Below are positions 38,024-47,986 of a stretch of 64,000 nt of DNA, in pieces. The notes beneath the pieces are model-generated. The model was not told where the DNA came from. It saw only the letters and a list, made by a program, of their open reading frames with translations, and searched no databases. The DNA lies in assembly GCA_937889945.1 (NCBI GenBank), contig CALBZC010000010.1, positions 44,358 to 108,357 on the forward strand, in the 5' to 3' direction. The number at the start of each line of letters is the position of its first letter. Positions within the stretch are counted from its first letter, which is position 1. The translations under genes were made by a program, and so were the position numbers. The stretch comes from an uncultured Bacteroidales bacterium (GTDB lineage: Bacteria; Bacteroidota; Bacteroidia; Bacteroidales; UBA4417).

Positions 38024-41000
38024 ATGCCTAAGTTCAGTCATTTACACGTACATTCCCAATATTCACTTCTTGATGGCGCATCCGCGATATCCTCGATGTT
38101 TGCCAAAGCTGTAGCTGACGGAATGCCCGCCGTGGCGCTGACTGACCACGGGAATATGTTTGGCGCTTTTACCTTTATTGCCGAAGCGGAGAAAATGAAT
38201 GAGAAATTAGGTAAGCAAGCCGTTAAACCCATTGTGGGATGTGAGTTTTATTTGGTAGAAGATAGGCATAGAAGGAAATTTGGAGGGGGCGAAAAGGATA
38301 TGCGTTATCACCAATTGCTGTTAGCTAAGAATGCCACAGGTTACCAAAATTTGGTTAAGCTTAGTTCATTAGGATATATAGAGGGTATGTATGGCAAATA
38401 TCCGCGTATAGATAAGGAATTGATAAAATTATACCATGAGGGATTAATTGCTACTACATGCTGTTTAGCGGCTGAAGTTCCGCGTACAATATTACGCAAA
38501 GGAGAAGCCGAAGGTGAAAAAGTTTTTCGGTGGTGGTTGGATTTGTTTGGCGAAGATTATTATGTAGAGCTACAACGACATAATATTCCCGATCAGGATA
38601 AAGTAAATGAAGTATTACAACGTTTTGCCCAAAAATATAATGTAAAAGTTATTGCTACCAATGATACGCATTATGTTGAAAAAGACGACTATAATGCGCA
38701 TGATATCCTACTGTGTGTGAACACCGGCGAAAAACAAAGTACGCCCAAGTTTAAGGAATATGGTGATGATGATGCTTTTGTGAAAGGGAAAAGGTTTGCC
38801 TTTGCCAACGACCAATTTTATTTTAAAAAGACGGAGGAAATGCTTGATTTATTCAAGGATGTTCCGCAAGCAATAGATAACACCAACGAAATTGTAGATA
38901 AGGTAGAAGTTTTGAAGTTGAAAAAAGATATTCTGCTTCCTAATTTCCCCATTCCGCATAAGTTTTTGCTTCATACCACACCTGTAAACACCGGATTAAA
39001 AGAAATTTCTGCTGATTCGCGTAATCAGTGGGAATATTTGAGGCATATAACTTATGAGGGCGCCAAAATACGTTATGGCGAAATCCTGCCGCACGTGCAG
39101 GAACGTATTGATTTTGAGTTGAAAACCATACACGATATGGGTTTTGCCGGATATTTTCTCATAGTAAGCGATTTTATCAAGTCGGGGAGGGAAATGGGCG
39201 TATTTATTGGTCCCGGTAGGGGCTCGGCCGCTGGCAGTGTGGTGGCTTATTGCATCGGCATTACCAATATTGACCCGTTGAAGTACGATTTGCTTTTTGA
39301 GCGTTTTCTAAACCCGGAGCGTATAAGCATGCCGGATATTGATACCGATTTTGATGACCATGGAAGACAAAAAGTAATTGATTATGTGGTGGGAAAATAT
39401 GGTAGAAATCAGGTGGCTCAAATTGTTACTTTTGGCACGATGGCTGCAAAAAGCAGCATTAAAGATGTGGCACGGGTTATGGATTTGGACCTATCTACAA
39501 GCAATTATCTGGCAAAATTGGTTCCCACAAAACCGGGTATTAAATTAAATCGTATGCTCACCGCGCCTATCCATAAGTCGGAAGGCGAAAAATCGATAGA
39601 AGAAAATGAAGATCTGCGAGGCGAGGATATAGATAATGTTTTAAAACTTCGTGAAATATATAATTATACAGGTGATAACGATGCTTTAAATTTGCAAAGG
39701 CAGGTACTTAAAGAGGCACAGAAATTAGAAGGCTCTATTCGTAACACGGGCGTGCACGCTGCCGGTATCATTATTGCCCCTAAAGATTTAACGGAGCTTT
39801 TGCCCGTTGCCATGTCCAAAGAGTCCGATTTGTGGCTTACCCAGTTTGAAGGTACCATTATTGAAGACGCGGGGGTTATAAAAATGGACTTTCTGGGGCT
39901 TAAAAACCTTTCTATTATTAAGGATGCGCTGGAAATGATAGAGGAAAACCATGGCGTTAAAATTGATATAGACAATATTCCTATTGATGATGTAAAAACC
40001 TTTGAGTTATACCAACGTGGCGATACTGACGGCACATTTCAGTTTGAAAGTGTCGGAATGAAAAAAGAACTTATCAATCTTAAACCCGATAAGTTTGAGG
40101 ATTTGATTGCGATGAATGCGCTCTACCGCCCGGGTCCTATGAAATATATCCCTAATTATATTGCCCGCAAGCATGGCAAAGAGCAGGTAGCCTACGATTT
40201 GCCCGTTATGGAGGATATATTAAAAGAAACCTATGGTATCACTGTGTATCAGGAGCAGGTGATGCTGCTTTCGCAAAAATTGGCAGGCTTTAGCAAAGGC
40301 AAAGCCGACGAATTGCGCAAAGCTATGGGTAAAAAAATAAAGGCAAAGCTGGATGTATTAAAACCGTTGTTTATAGAAGGGGGTATAAAAAGCGGTCACC
40401 CTGAAAAAATATTAAATAAAATATGGTCTGACTGGGAAGATTTTGCATCCTACGCATTCAATAAATCACACTCTACTTGCTACGCTTTTGTGGCATACCA
40501 AACGGCTTATTTAAAGGTTCATTATCCTGCCGAATATATGGCAGCGCTGCTTACCGCCAACTTGGGAAACTTGGATACGTTAACCATGTATCTGGATTCG
40601 TGTATGAAAATGGGGCTTAAGGTGTTAGGTCCTGATGTAAACGAGTCGGGACTGAATTTTAGCGTTAATAAAAAAGGAGAAATACGTTTTGGTCTCAAAG
40701 CATTAAAAGGCATGGGCGAGGCGGCGGCAGATTCCTTGATTTCGGAAAGAAAAGAAAACGGCAACTTCCAAAATATTTTTGATTTTGTGAAACGTGTAAA
40801 CTTGCGAGCCGTAAATAAAAGCTCTTTCGAAGCACTGGCACAAGCCGGCGCTTTCGACAGTTTTCCTGAAATTCACAGGGCTCAATTTTATGCCAAAGAA
40901 GAAAGCGATGATGCTACTTTTATAGAAAAACTTATCCGGTTTGGGAATAATTACCAAAGCTTTTCGCAATCACCACAACAATCCTTGTTTGGCGAAACGG

Positions 41001-41698
41001 AATCAATAGAAATACCCGATTTAAAAATCCCCGATTGCACTCCTTGGCCCAATCTGGAAAAGCTGAACAGGGAAAAAATCATCGCGGGCTTTTTTATCTC
41101 AGGGCACCCCTTGGACGATTATCGGCTGGAGGTTGATAATTTCTGCAATATCAGCATAAAAAAGATGAAAGAAGATCCTAAAGCTTCATCCACAAGAGAT
41201 TTGTTTATTGCAGGTATGGTTTCCAACGTGAGGCACGAAACTGCCAAAAACGGTAACTTGTTCGGGCGTTTCAGCGTGAGCGATTTTGACGATACGTTGG
41301 ACTTGGTTCTTTTTAAAGAAGATTATCTCAAGTATAAACACCTTTTATTTAATGATGCCATTGTATGGATAAGACTTAATTACCGCCTGCGCTATGGGTC
41401 GGCGGATGTGTATGAGCCGCGTGTGGCGCGCATTTCATTGTTGGAAACAGTGATGGATGAGCAGGCAAAAGCTGTGGAGATGACGATATCCATTAAGGAT
41501 TTAAATGCCCAAACAGCAAAAATGATTATAAAAGCCATAAAAGAAAACTCGGGAAGTTGCAAAATTCTTATTAATATAATAAACCCTGAAACAAATAACC
41601 GCGTAAAGTTGGTATCGGGTAAACAAAGGGTAATGATAAGCAGAATTTCCAAAGCTTTGGCGCAAATACCCAAAGTTAGTTTTACGATTAAAAAGTAA
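38024..41698 (+). CDS. dnaE: DNA polymerase III subunit alpha
   Basis: The PHP domain starts MPKFSHLHVHSQYSLLDG at the ATG at 38024; the tracked ORF begins at an upstream TTG. The product is ~1224 aa with a conserved polymerase core and an OB fold. Confidence 0.97.
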   Translation: MPKFSHLHVHSQYSLLDGASAISSMFAKAVADGMPAVALTDHGNMFGAFTFIAEAEKMNEKLGKQAVKPIVGCEFYLVEDRHRRKFGGGEKDMRYHQLLLAKNATGYQNLVKLSSLGYIEGMYGKYPRIDKELIKLYHEGLIATTCCLAAEVPRTILRKGEAEGEKVFRWWLDLFGEDYYVELQRHNIPDQDKVNEVLQRFAQKYNVKVIATNDTHYVEKDDYNAHDILLCVNTGEKQSTPKFKEYGDDDAFVKGKRFAFANDQFYFKKTEEMLDLFKDVPQAIDNTNEIVDKVEVLKLKKDILLPNFPIPHKFLLHTTPVNTGLKEISADSRNQWEYLRHITYEGAKIRYGEILPHVQERIDFELKTIHDMGFAGYFLIVSDFIKSGREMGVFIGPGRGSAAGSVVAYCIGITNIDPLKYDLLFERFLNPERISMPDIDTDFDDHGRQKVIDYVVGKYGRNQVAQIVTFGTMAAKSSIKDVARVMDLDLSTSNYLAKLVPTKPGIKLNRMLTAPIHKSEGEKSIEENEDLRGEDIDNVLKLREIYNYTGDNDALNLQRQVLKEAQKLEGSIRNTGVHAAGIIIAPKDLTELLPVAMSKESDLWLTQFEGTIIEDAGVIKMDFLGLKNLSIIKDALEMIEENHGVKIDIDNIPIDDVKTFELYQRGDTDGTFQFESVGMKKELINLKPDKFEDLIAMNALYRPGPMKYIPNYIARKHGKEQVAYDLPVMEDILKETYGITVYQEQVMLLSQKLAGFSKGKADELRKAMGKKIKAKLDVLKPLFIEGGIKSGHPEKILNKIWSDWEDFASYAFNKSHSTCYAFVAYQTAYLKVHYPAEYMAALLTANLGNLDTLTMYLDSCMKMGLKVLGPDVNESGLNFSVNKKGEIRFGLKALKGMGEAAADSLISERKENGNFQNIFDFVKRVNLRAVNKSSFEALAQAGAFDSFPEIHRAQFYAKEESDDATFIEKLIRFGNNYQSFSQSPQQSLFGETESIEIPDLKIPDCTPWPNLEKLNREKIIAGFFISGHPLDDYRLEVDNFCNISIKKMKEDPKASSTRDLFIAGMVSNVRHETAKNGNLFGRFSVSDFDDTLDLVLFKEDYLKYKHLLFNDAIVWIRLNYRLRYGSADVYEPRVARISLLETVMDEQAKAVEMTISIKDLNAQTAKMIIKAIKENSGSCKILINIINPETNNRVKLVSGKQRVMISRISKALAQIPKVSFTIKK

Positions 41699-41723
41699 AA
41701 TTTGTTTATACGCTTTTATATTT

Positions 41724-41731
41724 TAATTTTG
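41724..41731 (+). promoter_or_regulatory. -7 promoter box for trxA (TAATTTTG)
   Basis: Match to TAnnTTTG, 87 nt upstream of the trxA ATG. Confidence 0.3.
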
Positions 41732-41818
41732 TATAAAAATACAAAGGCAATTTTAACAAAATCACCCTTAAAATTGTTACCTTAAGGAATTAAAAGAAAA
41801 ACTTAAAAAATTAATATT

Positions 41819-42139
41819 ATGGCATTAGAATTTAACGACGCAAATTTTGAAGAACTTGCATTAAAAACAGATAAACCTGTAGTTGTTGACTTATGGGCAG
41901 AATGGTGTGGACCCTGCAGAATGGTAGGTCCTATTATCGAAGAACTTGCTAAAGAATACGAAGGTAAAGCGGTTATTGGCAAATTGGATGTTGATAATAA
42001 TCCCAACACAACCGGCAAATATAGCGTTCGCAATATTCCTACCATTCTTTTTATTAAAAATGGAGAAGTTGTGGATAAACAAGTGGGCGCAGTTCCTAAA
42101 AGCGTATTAGCCGGAAAAATTGACAAATTATTAGGCTAA
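41819..42139 (+). CDS. trxA: Thioredoxin
   Basis: 106 aa with the VDLWAEWCGPCR active site. Confidence 0.96.
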   Translation: MALEFNDANFEELALKTDKPVVVDLWAEWCGPCRMVGPIIEELAKEYEGKAVIGKLDVDNNPNTTGKYSVRNIPTILFIKNGEVVDKQVGAVPKSVLAGKIDKLLG

Positions 42140-42161
42140 CAATCACTTATTTTAAGATGTT

Positions 42162-42197
42162 AAACTGCTTATATATTTTTTAAGCAGTTTTTTTATT
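42162..42197 (+). terminator. Rho-independent terminator of trxA (overlaps the 3' end of convergent mtgA)
   Basis: AAACTGCTTA (42162..42171) and TAAGCAGTTT (42181..42190) form the stem, followed by a T run. Confidence 0.6.
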
Positions 42198-42918
42198 GCC
42201 ACTCGGGCGCCTCGTCTCCGTTAATGCCTTGTTTAATACGCGATTTCTTTTTTTGTATGTAAGGTGTGGGGTTGTTGGCTTGCCACTTGCGTGGATTGGG
42301 GAGTATGGCTGCAATAGCGGCAGCTTCATTTTCAGTAAGTTGTGCGGCAGGCTTTTTAAAATAAGCTTGTGATGCAGCTTCGGCGCCGTATATGCCATCG
42401 CCCATTTCTATCATGTTCAGGTAAACCTCCATAATACGCTTTTTGCCCCAAAGCACTTCAATCAAACCCGTAAAATATAGTTCCAAACCTTTGCGCAAAT
42501 AGTTTCGCGCGGGCCAAAGAAAAACATTTTTTGCGGTTTGTTGCGAAATGGTGCTGCCGCCCCGTATTTTTTTTCCTTTTTTATTGAGTTGCTTGGCTCT
42601 TTCAATAGCCTTGAGGTCAATGCCATGATGCTCGGTAAACTTGCTGTCTTCCGATGCGATAACGGCTTGCTGCAAATAGGGGGAAATGTTTTCGAGCGAT
42701 ACCCAATTGTGCCTGATAGATGCACGATTGCCTTCGGATATATTTTCCACTACGCGTATAAGCATCAACGGTGTGGCAGGAGGCGGTATAAAGCGGTAGA
42801 TAAATGTAATCAGCACGGAAGAACCGAAAAACAATAGCGCACCCCATTGGAGAATTCTCCAAATATTAAATTTGGGTTTGCTGTTTTTTTTCTTGGTATT
42901 TGATTTTTGCTTAGCCAT
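42193..42918 (-). CDS. mtgA: Monofunctional biosynthetic peptidoglycan transglycosylase (GT51)
   Basis: 241 aa with an N-terminal TM anchor and the GT51 motifs IASEDSKFTEHHGID, GGSTISQQTAKN and RKGLELYF. Confidence 0.9.
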   Translation of the reverse strand: MAKQKSNTKKKNSKPKFNIWRILQWGALLFFGSSVLITFIYRFIPPPATPLMLIRVVENISEGNRASIRHNWVSLENISPYLQQAVIASEDSKFTEHHGIDLKAIERAKQLNKKGKKIRGGSTISQQTAKNVFLWPARNYLRKGLELYFTGLIEVLWGKKRIMEVYLNMIEMGDGIYGAEAASQAYFKKPAAQLTENEAAAIAAILPNPRKWQANNPTPYIQKKKSRIKQGINGDEAPEWQ

Positions 42919-42978
42919 TCATACATGTTTGTTGCAAAAATAAACAAACAAATTGTGATGTGCTTAAATACACGTTTT

Positions 42979-43398
42979 TTATTCTGCTTTTCTCATTTCA
43001 ATCCATTTGTTTTTCCAAAGGGTTGCAGATAACGTAATAAAAAGGAGTATGCCGATAAGGAGGATATTGGAAATGTTTTTTATGATTAAGGAATCATAAA
43101 TATAACGTAAGGTATACGCTAAAATTATGAAACTCCCGCTAAGCGTTAGTGTCGTGAAAAAAAACGCATGACTTTTTACTTCTATTTTTTGCACCTCATT
43201 GCAATCGGATAAAGCCAGTTTATTACTGCCTCCATAACTTAATTTTGCTTTTATATATGGGATGCTTTCGTCAACGTCAAGCTCAACGGTATCGTTATTA
43301 GCTATTTCAGCAATCAGTTGATTTTGCGGCGTTACTATTTTATATGGATAATATCTGTTTGTGCGTTCTTTAGGACGTGTGATTATAAGATGTTTCAT
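42979..43398 (-). CDS. Hypothetical membrane protein
   Basis: 139-aa ORF with two C-terminal TM segments and no recognisable motif. Confidence 0.4.
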   Translation of the reverse strand: MKHLIITRPKERTNRYYPYKIVTPQNQLIAEIANNDTVELDVDESIPYIKAKLSYGGSNKLALSDCNEVQKIEVKSHAFFFTTLTLSGSFIILAYTLRYIYDSLIIKNISNILLIGILLFITLSATLWKNKWIEMRKAE

Positions 43399-43415
43399 TT
43401 TTATAAAATAATATG

Positions 43416-44666
43416 CTATTCATATCTTAATGCTTCGATGGGGTCTAACTTGGCAGCTTTGCGTGCAGGAAGCACTCCTGATATTAAAGCTACTACAAGG
43501 CAAAGCAATACCCCTACCAATATCCAGTTCCAGGGAATAAGCACTTTGGCGTGCATCGCTAATCCTAAAATATTGCCGATAAAAATTCCGAGTATGATAC
43601 CCACAATGCCTCCTAACTGTGCAATAACAACAGCCTCAATAATAAACTGGTTGCGTATGGTGCGGCTGTTGGCGCCTATGGCTTTGCGGGTGCCTATTTC
43701 CTTTGTGCGTTCGGTAACAGATACAAGCATAATGTTCATTAATCCTATGGCTGCACCCAACAACGTTATTAGTCCTATAAATATGGCTGCCAGTCGTAAC
43801 ATTTTGGTTTGTTTAAACAAAAAGGATGAAAACTGATCGCTTTTTTGCACCTCAAAGCTATCATTGCCGTCAATAGGCGTTTGCCTTATCTTTCTAAACA
43901 CGCCCGTTGCTTCGCTTATGGCGATATCTAAGTTCTCGGCATTAGGTACGTACACGTTTATTTCAAACCACGGGCTTGTTTTGGGATAAGCCATGCGTGC
44001 ATTGTTGGTAGGTATATAGCACATATTGTTAAAATCCATTCCCATAAAAGCTCCCTTCTCTTTTAACACACCTATCACCATATAGCGCATGTTGTTGATG
44101 CTTATAAATTTACCAAGCGGATTTTCTTTGTTTTTAAACAATTTGCTTTGAATAGAATTGCCTATAATTGTTACAGGAGAGCCACTACTGACTTCTATGG
44201 GCGAAAAATTTCGACCTTGTGCAAGCTCACTACCTGAGGTGATAAGATAGTTCTCATCGCCTCCTGTTACATATACATTGGGATTTGTTTTTTTTCCTTC
44301 GTATTTTACCGTAGCGCGTGAGGTTGCAAACATGGATACGGATATGGATGCCGGATACTTGAAATCTTCCTTAAAACGTAAAGCTTCATCATATTCTATT
44401 GCGCGAAAATCAGCCTCTTTGAAACTGGTGTTCATATTCACCGAACGTTCGCGCCTTTGGATCGTGAAAGTGTTGCTCCCCATAAACTTAAGGTTTTCGG
44501 TAAGCGAATATTTTATAATATCAATAGATGTGAGGATGCCTACCAATGCCATGATACCAAATGCAATGATAAGAATGGTGAGTACGGTTCTCACTTTATG
44601 GCTTCTAATGGATTGAAGCGCAATTTTTACATTCTCCTTTGCAACGCCCGATATAAGTTGTCTCAT
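43416..44666 (-). CDS. ABC transporter permease, MacB/FtsX-like
   Basis: 416 aa. One N-terminal TM is followed by a large periplasmic domain and three C-terminal TMs, with the [15 protein letters not shown] motif typical of FtsX/MacB permeases. No cognate ATPase gene is in the window. Confidence 0.8.
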   Translation of the reverse strand: MRQLISGVAKENVKIALQSIRSHKVRTVLTILIIAFGIMALVGILTSIDIIKYSLTENLKFMGSNTFTIQRRERSVNMNTSFKEADFRAIEYDEALRFKEDFKYPASISVSMFATSRATVKYEGKKTNPNVYVTGGDENYLITSGSELAQGRNFSPIEVSSGSPVTIIGNSIQSKLFKNKENPLGKFISINNMRYMVIGVLKEKGAFMGMDFNNMCYIPTNNARMAYPKTSPWFEINVYVPNAENLDIAISEATGVFRKIRQTPIDGNDSFEVQKSDQFSSFLFKQTKMLRLAAIFIGLITLLGAAIGLMNIMLVSVTERTKEIGTRKAIGANSRTIRNQFIIEAVVIAQLGGIVGIILGIFIGNILGLAMHAKVLIPWNWILVGVLLCLVVALISGVLPARKAAKLDPIEALRYE

Positions 44667-44748
44667 TTTTTATGTTTTAATATAAGGAAGTAAAAGATAT
44701 ACATAAGACGCACAGATGGGGTTATTGGTTACAAAAAAACGCAAATTT

Positions 44749-45399
44749 TCAGATTTTTATCCCGTAAGATAAATCGCCCGCATCGCCCAGTCCAGGAACA
44801 ATATACCCGTGAGCCGTAAGTTCATCATCAATGGCGCCAATCCATAAACTTATATTATCCTGCGAAAGCATCTTTTTTACACAATCAACGCCTTGCATGC
44901 TTGCAATAGCCGAAACAATATGGGTGTGTTTAGGCTTTACGGCTGCCAGCAGTGTCCGGTAGCAGGCAACCATAGATTGACCGGTAGCCAGCATGGGGTC
45001 AATTAAAATTAAAATTTTATTTTCGAAATTGGTATGCGAAACATATTCCACCTGAATCTCAAACTCCTCATTATTGCGGTATTCGCGATAAGCTGATATA
45101 AAAGCGCTTTCCGAACGGTCAAAATAATTTAAAAAACCTTGGTGCAAGGGTAAACCGGCACGCAATATGGTTGCCAATACCGGCATATCTTTGAGCGTGT
45201 GCATTTGTGTGATGCCCAATGGGGTGGTAACTTCAGTTGTTTTGTATTCCAAATGCTTACTTATCTCATAAGCGAATATTTCGCCTATTCGTTCCATGTT
45301 TCTGCGAAAACGCATACTATCTTTTTGAATACTGCTTTCACGTATTTCGTAAATATACTGGTTAAATAAAGAGTTTTCGGCACCTAAAATCCTGACCAT
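44749..45399 (-). CDS. upp: Uracil phosphoribosyltransferase
   Basis: 216 aa with the PRPP-binding loop ILILIDPMLATGQS and the C-terminal YIVPGLGDAGD. Confidence 0.93.
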   Translation of the reverse strand: MVRILGAENSLFNQYIYEIRESSIQKDSMRFRRNMERIGEIFAYEISKHLEYKTTEVTTPLGITQMHTLKDMPVLATILRAGLPLHQGFLNYFDRSESAFISAYREYRNNEEFEIQVEYVSHTNFENKILILIDPMLATGQSMVACYRTLLAAVKPKHTHIVSAIASMQGVDCVKKMLSQDNISLWIGAIDDELTAHGYIVPGLGDAGDLSYGIKI

Positions 45400-45428
45400 T
45401 GCTTTTGTGTTTAAAGTTTAAGATGCAA

Positions 45429-45436
45429 CAAAAATA
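45429..45436 (-). promoter_or_regulatory. -7 promoter box for upp (TATTTTTG on the minus strand)
   Basis: Plus-strand CAAAAATA, 30 nt upstream of the upp ATG. Confidence 0.3.
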
Positions 45437-45754
45437 AAAAATATTGTGGTATGTAAAGTTTTGTGGGTAACAATTAATTAGGAATAAAGTATAAAAAGCG
45501 CCTCATTTTATTCTGAGTCAATACCAAATAAGCAATATTATTAAGTGAAGTTAAAAAAATAAAGTACGCAATTCATCTGTAATATAAACTACATAGATGC
45601 TATGTTTATATGGTTGTTTTAAACATTTTCACATACTTACAAAAACGTATCTTTTGCTGCCTTTATGAACTTATTGCATTGTCCAGTAGGTTTCTTAACA
45701 TCAAATTCAATACTTGATGACGATAAATATTCAACTATGTAAAGTTTGAAAAAT

Positions 45755-45784
45755 AAGTATGCAAAATTGATGTCATGTATGGCA
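45755..45784 (+). repeat. Intergenic direct repeat, copy 1 (AAGTATGCAAAATTGATGTCATGTATGGCA)
   Basis: 26 of 30 positions are identical to 45935..45964. Similarity extends weakly about 10 nt on both sides. Confidence 0.8.
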
Positions 45785-45934
45785 TAAAAAAGAGTCTTAA
45801 AAATAATCAAAATGTGACAAATTATTTTTAAAATATTACTATGTTACTATGTGGTTTATTATCATTAAAATTTGATTGAACCACAACTATATGAGGAACT
45901 TATTTTAAAAATTTTTTAAGTAAAGTAAAAAAGT

Positions 45935-45964
45935 AAGTATGTAAAGTTTATGTCAGGTATGGCA
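45935..45964 (+). repeat. Intergenic direct repeat, copy 2 (AAGTATGTAAAGTTTATGTCAGGTATGGCA)
   Basis: 26 of 30 positions are identical to 45755..45784. The core TATGTAAAGTTT also occurs at 45450 and 45736. Confidence 0.8.
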
Positions 45965-46162
45965 AAAGAACGTTCTTTTTCTTTGTGCATGTGGCAAAGC
46001 ACCATGAGTTAAATCCAAATATAAAGAAAGAAAACCCTTTTTGTCTTTAACTATAAATTTACATTTTTGTAAAAGATGAATCTTTGTGTAGTGATTACCT
46101 AAATCATATTAAAAATACAAAGTAATTTATCAAAAACCTGTGGCTATTTAATGTAATTGTTT

Positions 46163-46170
46163 TACTTTTG
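46163..46170 (+). promoter_or_regulatory. -7 promoter box for dnaX (TACTTTTG)
   Basis: Match to TAnnTTTG, 34 nt upstream of the ATG at 46205. Confidence 0.35.
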
Positions 46171-46204
46171 ATTTTGAAAACACATAAATCAATAAGTGCA
46201 AAAG

Positions 46205-47986
46205 ATGGAAAATTTTGTAGTATCTGCACGTAAATATCGCCCATCCACGTTTAACACCGTTGTTGGGCAGTCTGCCATTACCGATACGTTGAAGAATGCA
46301 ATTCGGAACAACCAATTGGCGCAGGCTTTCCTGTTTTGCGGACCGCGTGGGGTGGGAAAAACTACCTGTGCCCGTATCTTGGCTAAAACAATTAATTGTT
46401 TGAACCCAACTGCCGATATAGAACCATGTAACGAATGCGACTCCTGTAAATCTTTTAATGATGCTGCATCTATGAACATACACGAGCTTGATGCGGCTTC
46501 AAATAACAGTGTTGACGACATACGCGTGTTGGTTGAGCAGGTGCGCATACCCCCTCAGATGGGTAAGTATAAAGTATATATCATTGATGAGGTGCATATG
46601 CTATCAACGCAAGCTTTCAATGCGTTCTTAAAAACCTTGGAAGAGCCCCCTGCGTATGCAAAATTTATTTTGGCTACAACAGAAAAGCATAAAATACTCC
46701 CTACCATATTATCGCGCTGTCAGATATTTGATTTTAAAAGAATTAAAGTGGACGATATGGCACAACATCTTAGGTTTGTTGCTGATAGCGAGGGTGTTAC
46801 TGCCGAAGATGAAGCCTTGCACTTTATTGCACACAAGGCTGATGGCGGATTGCGCGATGCGTTGTCTATTTTTGACCAAATGGTAAATTTAGGGAATAAA
46901 AATATTACCAAGGATCTGGTGCTTGAGAACCTCAATGTGCTTGACTACGACTATTTTTTCAGGATACTGGACTTTATGAGTGCCGGAAACTACAGAGATA
47001 CATTGTTACTCATACATGATATTATAGAAAAAGGTTTTGAAGGGCAACATATTATTATGGGCTTAGGCGAACATTTGCGCAACATATTAATGTGTTTTAA
47101 TCCAGAAACGGTTAAGCTTATTGAAACTAGCGAAGTGGTGAGAGGTAAATACCTTCAGCAGGCACAAAAAGTACCTTTGCAATTTACTATTGAAGCTTTG
47201 AATATTATAAACAAAGCTGATGTAAGCTACCGCAGTTCTAATTATAAGCGCTTAACATTAGAAGTTGCGGTATTGCAGGTATGCAAACTTTCTAACAGCC
47301 AGATGCAGTATGTGAAACAGCCCGTGCAAGGCGTGCAGCCCCAGCAACAAGCAGCGGCGCAACCCCAAAGCATACAGGCTTCACAGGCGGCTCCTGTTGC
47401 CTCTGCTGCGCCCGTAAACACGCCACCGCAGACGCTGCCTCAAGCTCCACCTGTTGCACAACCTATGCCCGAAGAAAATGTAGTAAATAGCCCCTCTGCA
47501 GCTGAGAAACCCGAGGCAAAAGTTTCCACTTCGCGTCCGGCAACAACTATATCTATAAAAGGCATAACCAAAGGAACTGCGCATGCCGAGTTGAAAAAAG
47601 AAGAACCCAGGCAGCGAAATGAGCTGTTTACGCTTGAACAGTTGGAGCAAGCTATACGCGATTATGCCGAAACCATAAAAGAAGATTCTGCTTTGTATCA
47701 CACTGCGCTTACGGCTTTTAAACCGGAGTTGGTAAACAACCGGTATATAATTACCGTGAGTAATATAGTACTGGAAAAAGAATTTAATTCTAGAAAAAAT
47801 AAGTTGATAGAAGAGCTGTCCAACGTGCTCCAAAACGACTTTATAAATATTGCAGTTAAGGTAACGGAAGAGCAAACGGCTGAAAAAAAATATCTTACTG
47901 ATGCCGAAAAACTGAATATGATGATAGAAGAAAATCCGAATGTAAAAACATTGCTTGACGAACTAAATTTGGATTTTGATGCGTAA
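46205..47986 (+). CDS. dnaX: DNA polymerase III subunit gamma/tau
   Basis: MENFVVSARKYRPSTF..., Walker A FCGPRGVGKTT, the zinc module CNECDSC and IIDEVHML identify DnaX. A Q/P/A-rich linker lies at about 47320..47470. The ATG at 46205 is preferred over the tracked GTG at 46196. Confidence 0.95.
   Translation: MENFVVSARKYRPSTFNTVVGQSAITDTLKNAIRNNQLAQAFLFCGPRGVGKTTCARILAKTINCLNPTADIEPCNECDSCKSFNDAASMNIHELDAASNNSVDDIRVLVEQVRIPPQMGKYKVYIIDEVHMLSTQAFNAFLKTLEEPPAYAKFILATTEKHKILPTILSRCQIFDFKRIKVDDMAQHLRFVADSEGVTAEDEALHFIAHKADGGLRDALSIFDQMVNLGNKNITKDLVLENLNVLDYDYFFRILDFMSAGNYRDTLLLIHDIIEKGFEGQHIIMGLGEHLRNILMCFNPETVKLIETSEVVRGKYLQQAQKVPLQFTIEALNIINKADVSYRSSNYKRLTLEVAVLQVCKLSNSQMQYVKQPVQGVQPQQQAAAQPQSIQASQAAPVASAAPVNTPPQTLPQAPPVAQPMPEENVVNSPSAAEKPEAKVSTSRPATTISIKGITKGTAHAELKKEEPRQRNELFTLEQLEQAIRDYAETIKEDSALYHTALTAFKPELVNNRYIITVSNIVLEKEFNSRKNKLIEELSNVLQNDFINIAVKVTEEQTAEKKYLTDAEKLNMMIEENPNVKTLLDELNLDFDA

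Noticed and set aside
45665-45742. A 25-codon ORF (MNLLHCPVGFLTSNSILDDDKYSTM) inside the upp-dnaX spacer.
   Set aside because: It is too short, shows no recognisable feature and has no duplicated counterpart. It is mentioned only because the region is otherwise ORF-free.
47591-47603. An A6 run (TTG AAA AAA GAA) in dnaX, as a possible programmed -1 frameshift site producing a gamma subunit as in E. coli.
   Set aside because: The As occupy two complete zero-frame codons rather than the A AAA AAG heptamer register. The -1 frame stays open for about 27 codons instead of stopping promptly, and I see no downstream stem-loop. The site also lies after the domain III/linker region.
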